Positions 47,992 to 57,166 of a stretch of 64,000 nucleotides of DNA are shown in pieces (the first letter of the stretch is position 1; each line of letters starts with the position of its first letter). The DNA lies in assembly GCA_963664705.1 (NCBI GenBank), contig OY761556.1:4352001-4416000 (forward strand). Reading direction: 5' to 3'. Under the pieces are notes generated by a model. It did no database searches. It saw only the letters and a program-made list of their open reading frames with translations, and was not told where the DNA came from. Made by a program: the position numbers and the translations under genes. The stretch is from Acidobacteriota bacterium. Lineage in GTDB: Bacteria; Acidobacteriota; UBA6911.

Positions 47992-50130
47992 TTAGATGCC
48001 GTTCATTTGGGCTTTAATCTTGCTGTATTCTTCCTGCACATAGCGCTCGGCCCATTCCTGATTTTCCGCCCTCTGGACGGCTACCGCGCAATACTTATAT
48101 TCCGGAGTCTTGGAAATCGGGTCGACATGGTGAATGGTCAGCTCATTGCAAGCGCCCACCCACCACTGGTATGTCATATACACCGCACCGGCATTAACAC
48201 GCTCGGTAACAGAGGCGCGGCTCATCACTTTGCCGCGTCGCGAGGATACCCAGACCAGTTCCTGATCCTCGATCCCCAACTTCTCTGCATCCGTGTTATG
48301 AATTTGGATATATCCCGGCTCATCGGCCAGGACCTGCAGCGCCGCACAATTCCCCGTCATTGTACGGCAGGAATAATGTCCGACTTCCCGGGCAGTCGAC
48401 AGAATGAGCGGATACTGGCTGTCGGGCTGTTCCAGGGGGGCCCGCCACTCGGCCGCAAACAACTGGCCCTTGCCGCTTGGCGTATTGAAACGGCTGTCCT
48501 TGTACAGGTAAGGAGTCCCGGGATGATCCTCCGTCGGGCATGGCCATTGAATCGTGCCGAGTTTCTCGAGGCGTTCGTAGGTAACTCCCGCGAACGAGGG
48601 GCATAGCGCCCGCATTTCTTCCCAGATTTCGTTGGTGTTGTTGTACTTCATGGGATAGCCCATGGCGCTCGCAAGCAGGGAGATGATGTCCCAATCCGGT
48701 TTGACATCCCCCTTCGGTTCGATCGCCTTGTGGAACCGCTGGAAACCTCTATCGGCCGTCGAATAGGTCCCTTCATGCTCTCCCCACGAAGTCGCCGGCA
48801 GGATCACATCGGCGAACATGGCGGTCTTGTTCATGAAGATATCCTGGACAATCACCAGTTCCAGATTCTGAAGCGCTTCCCGGACACCAGCGGCATCCGG
48901 ATCCGTCTGGACAAGGTCTTCACCGAAGATGTAGTAAGCCTTCAGCTTTCCTTCCTTCACCAGGTGAGGAACCTCAGTCAGCATATAGCCGACTTTCCCC
49001 GGCAACTGCGGAACACCCCAGGCTTTTTCGAACTTGGCGCGGATCTTCTCATCCGTGACCGATTGATAACCGGGGAACACGTTCGGCAGTGCGCCGTGGT
49101 CGCAGGAACCCTGAACATTATTCTGTCCCCGCACTGGCCCGATTCCGACTCCCGGCCGGCCGAAATTGCCGGTCAACAGCGCAAGTCCGGAGAGCCCCTT
49201 GACGACGTCCACCGCCTGCCCGTAATGAGTCACACCCATCCCATACAGAATAAATGCATTCGGGGCCGCGGCGTAAATCCGCATCGCCTTCCGGACCATA
49301 TCCGCCGGAATCCCCGTGATCGACTCCGTATATTCGGGCGTGTACTTCTCAACAAGGGCTTTGTACGCTTCAAATCCTTCGGTGTGCTTGGCCACGTAAT
49401 CCTTGTTGTAAAGCCCTTCCTGGATAAGCACATTCGCGAACGCATTCACCAGGGCCATGTTGGAACCGTTGCGGATCGGCAGCCACAGATCGGCAATGCG
49501 AGCCGACTCTGTCATGCGCGGATCCACGACGATAACCTTGGCGCCCTTCTGCTTTGCATTCACAATGCGACGGGCGACAATCGGATGCGAGTCCGCCGCG
49601 TTGTACCCGAAAATGAAGACACAATTTGTTTCTTCTATTTCCGGAATTGAGTTGGACATTGCCCCATTTCCCAAAGTTGCGGCCAGACCGGCCACGGATG
49701 GGGCATGTCAAACCCGCGCGCAGTGATCGATATTGTTCGTACCGATCACCGCGCGGGCAAATTTTTGCATTACATAGTTGGCTTCATTCCCCGGACCTCT
49801 GGCAGAGCCGGTAAGCATGATCGAATCCGATCCATACTTGTGCTTGATCTCTTGCAGTTTCCCAGCCGTAAATTCGATCGCTTCGTACCAGGATACCTCT
49901 TCAAACTTTGCCTCCCGGCTCCTTCGGAGAAGCGGTTTCTTCAGCCTGGGGGTGAGGCGCTGGGTATCGTTGAGAAAGTCCCAGCCATAGTAGCCCTTCA
50001 GGCAAAGCTCACTCTGGTTGGTGCGCCCCGGTGCGGGCTCCGCGCCCAGGATGGTGCCGTTCTCAACCACCAGGTTGAGCATGCAACCGGCTCCACAGTA
50101 GGGGCATACAGTCAGTATTTTTTCTGCCAT
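47992..50130 (-). CDS. fdhF: Formate dehydrogenase H alpha subunit, selenocysteine-containing (about 712 aa)
   Basis: CPYCGAGC...LCLKG; DHCARV-TGA(49708-49710)-HAPSVAGL, in frame with ORF 47992..49695; RGQNNVQGSCD; SECIS-like stem-loop directly after the TGA. Confidence 0.95.
49657..49707 (-). promoter_or_regulatory. SECIS element of fdhF
   Basis: mRNA UGA-CA-UGCCCCAU-CC-GUGGCC-GGUCU-GGCCGC...AUGGGGCA: apical stem with a G-starting loop plus an 8-bp lower stem. Confidence 0.8.
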
Positions 50131-50167
50131 TCCGACTCCTGACTACTTGATTCTGATTACTTGCTTT

Positions 50168-50698
50168 TTACATTTGAGCAACTGCCGCCTGCTCACGTTT
50201 CTTCTGCAGCTTATCCGAAAGCACTTTTGCGTCGATGGTATACACGGCTTTGGTGGGGCACACTTCGATACACGATGGCCCCTCGGGACGGTGAATACAA
50301 AGATCGCATTTGTACGCTTCCACGGCGGGCGTCGCACTCGGGGCAGGCTGGCGTTCGCTAAGAACGGCTTCCCGAACCACAATCTCCATCGATCCATACG
50401 GGCAGGCGATGACGCAGCTCTTGCAGCCGATACAGCGCGATTGAACAACCTGGACAGAGTTGTGGCTGTGAATGAGGGCACCCGTGGGGCAAACCTTCGC
50501 GCAAGGAGCATCCTCACACTGCCGGCATTGTACCGGGGTACTCACTCTTGAAGTTTTAATAAGCTTGAGCCGGGGCGTAAAACGCGCGGCGGCCAGTTTT
50601 TTCAATGCATCCGGCGCGGAATGGGCAAGCACACAGGCCACCTCGCACGTGCGGCACGCAATGCACTTCACCGGATCCGCAATCACCAGTATGTTCAT
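50168..50698 (-). CDS. HydN/HycB-like 4x[4Fe-4S] electron transfer protein
   Basis: CIACRTCEVAC, CRQCEDAPCAKVCP, CIGCKSCVIACP and KCDLC...C...CP. Confidence 0.9.
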   Translation of the reverse strand: MNILVIADPVKCIACRTCEVACVLAHSAPDALKKLAAARFTPRLKLIKTSRVSTPVQCRQCEDAPCAKVCPTGALIHSHNSVQVVQSRCIGCKSCVIACPYGSMEIVVREAVLSERQPAPSATPAVEAYKCDLCIHRPEGPSCIEVCPTKAVYTIDAKVLSDKLQKKREQAAVAQM

Positions 50699-50751
50699 CA
50701 GTTCACCTGCTTTTTCTTGGCCCCGGGCATGATAAATCCCGGGCGTGAATC

Positions 50752-51234
50752 CTATAGCGGCGGCAGTATGCCCCGCAACAAATCCGCCAGCGCCTGAACA
50801 GACTGCTCGACTTCAGGGCACATCGGTTCACCAAACCCGATGCTGGCCGGCTGAATCCCGATGGCAAACAACTCGGCGCGGCTGTTCTGCTTGATGTATC
50901 GAAAGAACAAATCCACCGTCATCTGATGCGTGGAAACACTGCAACCGGCAATATCATCCATCTCGAGGATGGCGACATCGCCCGGAGCCGCATTGAAATT
51001 GGCGGCATCCAGAAAAACGATCGTGTCGGCGTTCGCGTCCAGGATCCGGCCAAAATAGCTTTCGGGCACCTCTCCGACATCCAGCAGCGCCGCATTCACT
51101 TTCCCCTCCAGAAGGTCGATGAGCGCGGGGCCGGCAGCATCATCTCCGCGAAGAGTATTGCCTGCGCCGATCAGAAGCACGCGGCCTTTTAGTCTCGACC
51201 GCAGTTCCGCATCAATTCCAGGCTGCGCATCCAT
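50752..51234 (-). CDS. hycI: Hydrogenase maturation endopeptidase (HycI-like)
   Basis: GAGNTLRGDDAAG, VPES, LDAA, STH and GIQP. Confidence 0.88.
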   Translation of the reverse strand: MDAQPGIDAELRSRLKGRVLLIGAGNTLRGDDAAGPALIDLLEGKVNAALLDVGEVPESYFGRILDANADTIVFLDAANFNAAPGDVAILEMDDIAGCSVSTHQMTVDLFFRYIKQNSRAELFAIGIQPASIGFGEPMCPEVEQSVQALADLLRGILPPL

Positions 51235-51242
51235 TCGGTCGT

Positions 51243-51770
51243 TTATTTCAGCACCAGTTCTTCAGAAACGCCGGTCTTGGGAGCCGCATCCACAACCGTA
51301 CCCTCGCCCGCAGGCTGACGATACTGATAGGGCTGAGCTTTTCCCTTCACCAATCCCATGGCAACCGCTGCTCCCCAAAGAATGGCTTCCGGCCTGGGTG
51401 GGCAACCGGGTATGTAGAAATCGACCGGGATAACCTTATCGCAACCGCCGAGAGTGTGATAGGAATCGAACCATACTCCACCGCCCACAGCGCAGGATCC
51501 ACAGGCAATCACAATTTTGGGATTCGGAACGGAGTCATACAGCAGGCGCAAACGCGATTCCGCATTGCGGGCCACCGGCCCGGACACAAGCAGAACATCG
51601 GCATGACGCGGCGACCCTATCAGCCTCAAGCCAAATCGTTCAGCATCATAGTAGGGCGTAAAGGCGTTGATCTCCTCGATGTCGCATCCGTTGCAACCGC
51701 CGGCATTCGCGTGATACACCCACAGCGAACGCTTGAAATATTTTTCCAGGAGCCATTTATAGAGTGACAT
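51243..51770 (-). CDS. Group 4 [NiFe] hydrogenase small subunit (HycG/HyfI, NuoB-like)
   Basis: GGCNGCDIE, SPRHAD, GSCAVGGG and IPGCPPRP. Confidence 0.92.
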   Translation of the reverse strand: MSLYKWLLEKYFKRSLWVYHANAGGCNGCDIEEINAFTPYYDAERFGLRLIGSPRHADVLLVSGPVARNAESRLRLLYDSVPNPKIVIACGSCAVGGGVWFDSYHTLGGCDKVIPVDFYIPGCPPRPEAILWGAAVAMGLVKGKAQPYQYRQPAGEGTVVDAAPKTGVSEELVLK

Positions 51771-51773
51771 CGC

Positions 51774-53375
51774 TTAACCTCCCGCCACCTGACCGAGCAG
51801 AGCTTTGACGGACAAATCGATGATGTGATTCAAAAACCCGAAGTTAATTCCCGTGAGAACAACCAGCGCCGTCATGACGACGATAACCGCAGTCATGGCA
51901 AACGGGATGCGGCGCGGCGCGGCATCGGCTACCGGGAGCGAAGCTCCATCCACGGCCCTTGCTCCGACAGAAGCTCCGGCAAGTGCCAGCGCAGGCTGTA
52001 CCGCCGCTTCATGGTCATGCGCATGAGCGCCATGATCTTTTTGCATGAACACCATGGCACCGGCACGGATCAATACCGCCAGCGTCAGCAGGCTGGTAAA
52101 CAGAGCAATGCCCAATGGCCACCATAGATGAGCCTGGCCTGCTGCCATGTACAAGGCAAATTTGCTCCAGAAACCGTTCAGCGGCGGCATGCCGCCGATC
52201 CCAAGCGCGCCGATAAAAAAGCAGACCGTCATCAATCGGCTGTGCTTCCGTGTACCCAGTTCCTTCATGTCCGTTGTGCCAAAAGAATATGTCAGCGCAC
52301 CGCACAGGAAGAACAGCATGGCTTTATTGATCCCATGATTGAGCAGATGATAAATCGCGCCATAAAACCCGAGGTAGGATCCGATTCCAAAACCGAAAAT
52401 GATGTACCCGATCTGGCTGACGCTGCTGTAGGCCAGCATGCGTTTCAGATCGGTTTGCTGATAGGCAACAATAATTCCAACCAGCATTGAGATCGCACCC
52501 AGAATGACACCGAACAGTCCCAGGGCACTGTGACCCGGATAGAAAATGGTGACAATTCGGGCAACGGCGTAAATCGCGACCTTGCTGGCAACGCCCGAGA
52601 GAAGCGCCGTAACCGGGATTGGAGATTGTGAGTAGGTATCCGGCAGCCATGCATGAAATGGAACCAGTCCGGCCTTGGAGCCGAATCCGATGATGATCAG
52701 AACGCCGCCGATCAAAACCGCTGTCGTCGGAAGCTGCGTGGCAACCTTGGCGATCTCGGAGATCAACATGGCGTTATGCCCGCCCACAAGCGGAACGGCC
52801 GCTGCGTAAATAACGACGCAGCCCAACAGTCCGATCGTGATGCCGACAGAACAGAGCAGCAGATACTTGTACCCGGCTTCCAGGGATTCCGGTTTCCAGT
52901 AGTAGCTCACCAGTACTGCGGAAGCCAGCGTCGTCGCTTCCACGAGCACATACATCAGAATGAGGTTGTTGTTGACGGTAGCGGCGGTCATGGTACTGAC
53001 AAACACCATACTCCAGGCGAAGTATACCGGCAGCCGCTCAATGGCAATCTTGCCTTCCTTGACCTGGTAGCGCAGGTAGGGGTAGGCGAATATGGTTGTC
53101 ACCCATCCCACGAAAGAGATGATCAACGCCACGAAACCGGCCAGCGGGTCAGCAAGCAGCTGATGACCCAGTGCATTCAACCGGGCTCCATAGTAGAGCT
53201 TGAATACCATCTCTACGGCAATGCCAAAGGTCACGGTCGATCCAACCAGTGCCACTCTTCCGGCCGACGCGGGGAACTTCTTTCCGAGCGCATATTCAGC
53301 CAGCGCTGCAACCGCCGGAACAACGAATAACCAGACTAAAAGCGTCGATTCTATCAACTGGACGTCCCCTTTCAT
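51774..53375 (-). CDS. Antiporter-like membrane subunit (HyfF-like; start 53375 or 53357)
   Basis: VEATTLASAVLV, LEAGYKY, KAGLVPFHAWLPD, DLKRMLAYSS and GMPPLNGFWSK. Confidence 0.88.
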   Translation of the reverse strand: MKGDVQLIESTLLVWLFVVPAVAALAEYALGKKFPASAGRVALVGSTVTFGIAVEMVFKLYYGARLNALGHQLLADPLAGFVALIISFVGWVTTIFAYPYLRYQVKEGKIAIERLPVYFAWSMVFVSTMTAATVNNNLILMYVLVEATTLASAVLVSYYWKPESLEAGYKYLLLCSVGITIGLLGCVVIYAAAVPLVGGHNAMLISEIAKVATQLPTTAVLIGGVLIIIGFGSKAGLVPFHAWLPDTYSQSPIPVTALLSGVASKVAIYAVARIVTIFYPGHSALGLFGVILGAISMLVGIIVAYQQTDLKRMLAYSSVSQIGYIIFGFGIGSYLGFYGAIYHLLNHGINKAMLFFLCGALTYSFGTTDMKELGTRKHSRLMTVCFFIGALGIGGMPPLNGFWSKFALYMAAGQAHLWWPLGIALFTSLLTLAVLIRAGAMVFMQKDHGAHAHDHEAAVQPALALAGASVGARAVDGASLPVADAAPRRIPFAMTAVIVVMTALVVLTGINFGFLNHIIDLSVKALLGQVAGG

Positions 53376-54037
53376 CCGCGAAGACGCGCAATATTCGATG
53401 TGTCGAGGGAACCGGCCGACCGATAAACCCCGTTGACGATATAAAGAAGCATCAGGACGGAAACCACGACGTCCGTGACTACGCCAATCAAAGCCGTTTC
53501 CGGAATTGAAGGTGCCAGGCTGATCAGCCCCATGTGTACGCCGTTTTCCAACAGGCAAAGGCCGATCACGATCTTAAAGGCATCTCGCCTGGTCAGCAGC
53601 GAGTAGAAACCGATCATCAATACAGCCGCGGCAACGGCGGAATTCATTCGGAAAGGCTCTCCCGCCAGCTCCTTGACAATGATCAGATCCGCATGGTGAT
53701 TGAATGCCCAGGTGAAGGCGAGCAACGCCGCAAGAATTCCGAGAACCTGCGAAGGCAGGATATTCAGCAGCGGCGGAGTTTCCTTGGAATGCACTCGAAT
53801 CACATACCGGCGCAGCAGCCACGGAACAATGATTCCCTTGCTGACAAGCGCCGTGCCGCTCCAGTAGTACAGTGCCGGGTTGTTCAGCGAAAAGGCATAC
53901 AAGGCAAAAATCAACGCAATCAGCACCGACTGGACCTGATAGGTGTGGATGGCTTCCGGCAACATACGCCATTCCACCGCAAGCAGCGAGGTCACAATCA
54001 TAAGCAGGCTGATGTACATGATCGCATAGCTAATCAT
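53372..54037 (-). CDS. HyfE-like membrane subunit
   Basis: Hydrophobic; YQVQS, KGIIVPWLL and IGLCLLENG. Confidence 0.82.
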   Translation of the reverse strand: MISYAIMYISLLMIVTSLLAVEWRMLPEAIHTYQVQSVLIALIFALYAFSLNNPALYYWSGTALVSKGIIVPWLLRRYVIRVHSKETPPLLNILPSQVLGILAALLAFTWAFNHHADLIIVKELAGEPFRMNSAVAAAVLMIGFYSLLTRRDAFKIVIGLCLLENGVHMGLISLAPSIPETALIGVVTDVVVSVLMLLYIVNGVYRSAGSLDTSNIARLRG

Positions 54038-54557
54038 GTTTGACACTCCTGTCGAGAGCTACTCCGGTCTTCTCCAGCCGGCAGTCCGGGCATAGTTGGA
54101 ACCAATCCGGAATGTTCATCTTTTCCTGCACCCAGGGTGGCGAAAACTCATCGGCCATCTTGGCCAACATACGTTTGGTGATAAACGGATTACCGCATGT
54201 GCTGCAGGGCACCAGTTCCAGGTCCACGGAAACCGTCAGATCCGCGCGGTTGGCGGTGGCATCTTCGAAATCATCGGTGCACTTCGCAGCCTCGACCGGG
54301 CAGATCTCCTGGCAGCGCGCACAATATGTACAACGCGAATAATCCATCGAAACGCACCGCGTCGTTCCCTGGTCCGTGACCTTGATCAGTCGCGGCGGAC
54401 AAACTTCAGCGCACGCACCGCATCCGATGCATTTGGTGCCATCGATATTCGGACGCCCGCGAAAACGCTGCGGTGCCTTCATCGGCTTCAACGGGTAGGG
54501 CAGCGTCACTTTGCCGGCCCGCAGGCAAATCATTACTTCTTTCAGAAGAGGTATCAT
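54030..54557 (-). CDS. HycF/HyfH (NuoI-like) 2x[4Fe-4S] subunit
   Basis: TLPYP..FRGRP, CIGCGACAEVCP, CTYCARCQEICP plus C..C/C..C. Confidence 0.9.
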   Translation of the reverse strand: MIPLLKEVMICLRAGKVTLPYPLKPMKAPQRFRGRPNIDGTKCIGCGACAEVCPPRLIKVTDQGTTRCVSMDYSRCTYCARCQEICPVEAAKCTDDFEDATANRADLTVSVDLELVPCSTCGNPFITKRMLAKMADEFSPPWVQEKMNIPDWFQLCPDCRLEKTGVALDRSVKHD

Positions 54558-54572
54558 CGGTGTTCCTGAGTT

Positions 54573-55475
54573 CTATAGCCCCATCACGGCCAGGACCAGT
54601 CCTGTCACCGCAACGGCAATCACAATGCCAAAATAACGGATCGCCTGGTTGATCTTGAGGCGCGCGAAAACCTGCGCTACGACTTCAACCAGAATAGCCA
54701 TGATGAGAATTTTCACCAGCGTGATGACGACATCCAAAACCAAGGAGCCCGTCTTGGGCCAGGGGAAGTACATCCCTACCATCAGCGCCATCAGCACGAT
54801 TTGCTTGGAATACATCGACCACTTGAACAGTGCCAGCTTCCGTCCGGAATATTCAATCAGCGGCCCTTCCATGAGTTCCTGTTCGGCTTCCGCCAGGTCA
54901 AACGGCACTTTACCGACCTCAGGCTGAAGAATCAGGAAAAAGGCGATCGCCCCGATAATCAGCGAAATGTCCGGCGGACTCATCACATACCGGTCAATGC
55001 AGTTTGACAGCATGAGCGACTGAGCCTTAATGGACATCGAGATCATCGTTACCGCGAGAACCGGCTCAACCACCATCAGCAGCATTATTTCGCGGTTTGC
55101 GCCGACATAGGCATACGGGCTGCCCGACGCCATGCCCCCAAGGCACAAGGCAATGGGAGCAATGGCCAGGATATATATCAGCACAAGCATGTCGCCCGCA
55201 AAACCCAGCGGAATGATGCCGCCCATCGGCATGAACAACGCCGCCATCAGAGTGGAAGCAAGACAAACGAAAGGCGCGGCATTGAAGATAAAACCATTCA
55301 CACCCTGCTGGTCTTCCTTCACCATGAGCTTGGCAAGGTCGTAATAGGGCTGCATCAGCGGCGGACCTTGCCGCGAGTGAATGCGAGCCCTGACCTTTCG
55401 CAAAATACCGTCCACAAACGGAGCGGCAACCAGAACTATCAAGATATTGAACACGCCGATAGCAACGTGGGTCAC
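54573..55475 (-). CDS. HycD/HyfC (NuoH-like) membrane subunit
   Basis: RQGPPLMQPYYDLAKL and PFDLAEAEQELMEGPLIEYSG. GTG start overlaps the upstream TGA. Confidence 0.9.
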   Translation of the reverse strand: MTHVAIGVFNILIVLVAAPFVDGILRKVRARIHSRQGPPLMQPYYDLAKLMVKEDQQGVNGFIFNAAPFVCLASTLMAALFMPMGGIIPLGFAGDMLVLIYILAIAPIALCLGGMASGSPYAYVGANREIMLLMVVEPVLAVTMISMSIKAQSLMLSNCIDRYVMSPPDISLIIGAIAFFLILQPEVGKVPFDLAEAEQELMEGPLIEYSGRKLALFKWSMYSKQIVLMALMVGMYFPWPKTGSLVLDVVITLVKILIMAILVEVVAQVFARLKINQAIRYFGIVIAVAVTGLVLAVMGL

Positions 55476-57166
55476 GAGCGTCTCCCTTGCCCGGAATTCC
55501 GTTGACTCATCGCCAACAACTCCTGTTTCGAATAAACCCGGACTTTTTTGGTTCGGGTATCCACGGTAACTACACGCTCCGTACACGAGAAGCACGGATC
55601 AATGCTCCCGACAATAATCGGGAAATCCGCCACTGTCATTTTATCCAGCATATTTGGAATCGATTGGAGCTGTGGATACGTCGACGCCCGAACGCGCCAG
55701 CGATACGGCCGGTTGTCCGGGCCGGTAATGACATAGTGACAGCATTCCCCTCGGGGCGCCTCACATGCCGCAATCCCTTCCTTCCAGGGTGGAATAGGAC
55801 CGACTTCCGCCATCAGGTCGCCCGGAGGCATTTTGTTAATCATCTGCTTGATGAGATCGATGGCAGTAAAGGTCTCTTCTGCACGAACCAGCGTTCGCGC
55901 CCAGATGTCGCATCCTTCATAAACGGCAGGCTTGAAATTCAACTCAGGATACGCAAGATACGGACGGTCTTTCCTGGCATCGATGGCCACACCCGAGGCG
56001 CGGGCCACGGGACCAACCACGCATATCCTTCGTGCATCCTCTTTGCTCAGAGTGCCGACCTTTTCCAGGCGCATCTTCAAGGAATTGTCTTCGACTGCGG
56101 CGGCGACAAGTTCCTTGGTTTCCTTTTCGATCTGCTCGAGAGTCTTGAGTATCTTGTCGCCGGTCTCGCGGTCGATATCGCGCCGCACACCGCCGACCAG
56201 GTTCATTCCATAGGTCTTCCGATTACCCGTAATCTGCTCGGTAAGCCACATTACAGGTTCACGGATGCGCCACGCCTGCATCAATACGGTCTCAAAACCA
56301 AGATAATGAGCAGCCAGCCCCAGCCAAAGCAGATGGCTATGAACGCGCTCCAGTTCCAGCATGATCGCCCGTATATATTTGGCTCGTGGCGGGATCTCGA
56401 TTCCCGCCGCTGATTCCACAGCCATACAGTACGTGGCACTATGCACGAATCCGCAAATGCCGCAAATCCGCTCGGCAATAAATGGAACCTGGTTGTATTC
56501 CATTACGGTCTCGGTCAGCTTCTCGATTCCGCGATGGGCAAAGAATCCCCGATAATCGGAACCGACGATCTGCTCCCCTTCAACATACAGGCGGAAATAC
56601 GCCGGTTCTTCCAGTGTCGGGAAAAACGGGCCTATGCTCAGAATGGTTGCGTTCTTTTCATGCTCTTTGGGCTCGCGCATCGGAGGCTTGATTTCGGTGA
56701 CGCGCGGCGGCCTGAAGTTGTAAGGAACATCTTTGCGCAGCGGGAACACATCTTCCGGCCAGTCATCCGAAACGATCAGACGGCGCGGGTCCGGGTGTCC
56801 ATCCGGCACGATACCCATCATGTCACGCATTTCCCTCTCATGCCAATCGGCACCGGGAATGATATTCGTCAAGGATGGGATGTGCGGATCACCAGGATCC
56901 ACGATTTCCTTCACAGCCAGAAGGACATTGTCCTGATCCAGCGAAAAGATGTACGTAACTTCATAGGTGCCGTTGATTGGACTCTTGTCGGTCCCGGAAG
57001 CCAATACAAGACGGGCCTTTTCCGCATTGAAGAGATAGTCGGCGACCTCCGGCATCTTTTCACGTTTGACAGTCAGGAACAGTCGCGTAGGATCAGGCTG
57101 AGAACTGGAAACCAGCGCACCAGGGCATTTCTCATTAATTGCTGCAGTCAAATCTTGGGAATTCAT
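55472..57166 (-). CDS. Group 4 [NiFe] hydrogenase large subunit (HycE/HyfG type, NuoC-D fusion)
   Basis: ERICGICGFVH (L1) and DPCFSCTER (L2), followed by a cleavable C-terminal tail. Confidence 0.95.
   Translation of the reverse strand: MNSQDLTAAINEKCPGALVSSSQPDPTRLFLTVKREKMPEVADYLFNAEKARLVLASGTDKSPINGTYEVTYIFSLDQDNVLLAVKEIVDPGDPHIPSLTNIIPGADWHEREMRDMMGIVPDGHPDPRRLIVSDDWPEDVFPLRKDVPYNFRPPRVTEIKPPMREPKEHEKNATILSIGPFFPTLEEPAYFRLYVEGEQIVGSDYRGFFAHRGIEKLTETVMEYNQVPFIAERICGICGFVHSATYCMAVESAAGIEIPPRAKYIRAIMLELERVHSHLLWLGLAAHYLGFETVLMQAWRIREPVMWLTEQITGNRKTYGMNLVGGVRRDIDRETGDKILKTLEQIEKETKELVAAAVEDNSLKMRLEKVGTLSKEDARRICVVGPVARASGVAIDARKDRPYLAYPELNFKPAVYEGCDIWARTLVRAEETFTAIDLIKQMINKMPPGDLMAEVGPIPPWKEGIAACEAPRGECCHYVITGPDNRPYRWRVRASTYPQLQSIPNMLDKMTVADFPIIVGSIDPCFSCTERVVTVDTRTKKVRVYSKQELLAMSQRNSGQGRRS

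Noticed and set aside
49708-50130. fdhF as a pseudogene or two separate genes
   Set aside because: The TGA sits exactly at the Sec position and is followed by a SECIS-like hairpin.
53376-53558. N-terminal extension of the HyfF-like ORF (and the similar extensions at 55476-55595 and 61917-62063)
   Set aside because: These overlap upstream genes in other frames; coupled starts at 53375, 55475 and 61916 fit better.
55472-57166. [NiFeSe] hydrogenase or NADH dehydrogenase NuoCD
   Set aside because: Both CxxC Ni-binding motifs are present with ordinary Cys codons, so it is a standard [NiFe] group 4 large subunit.
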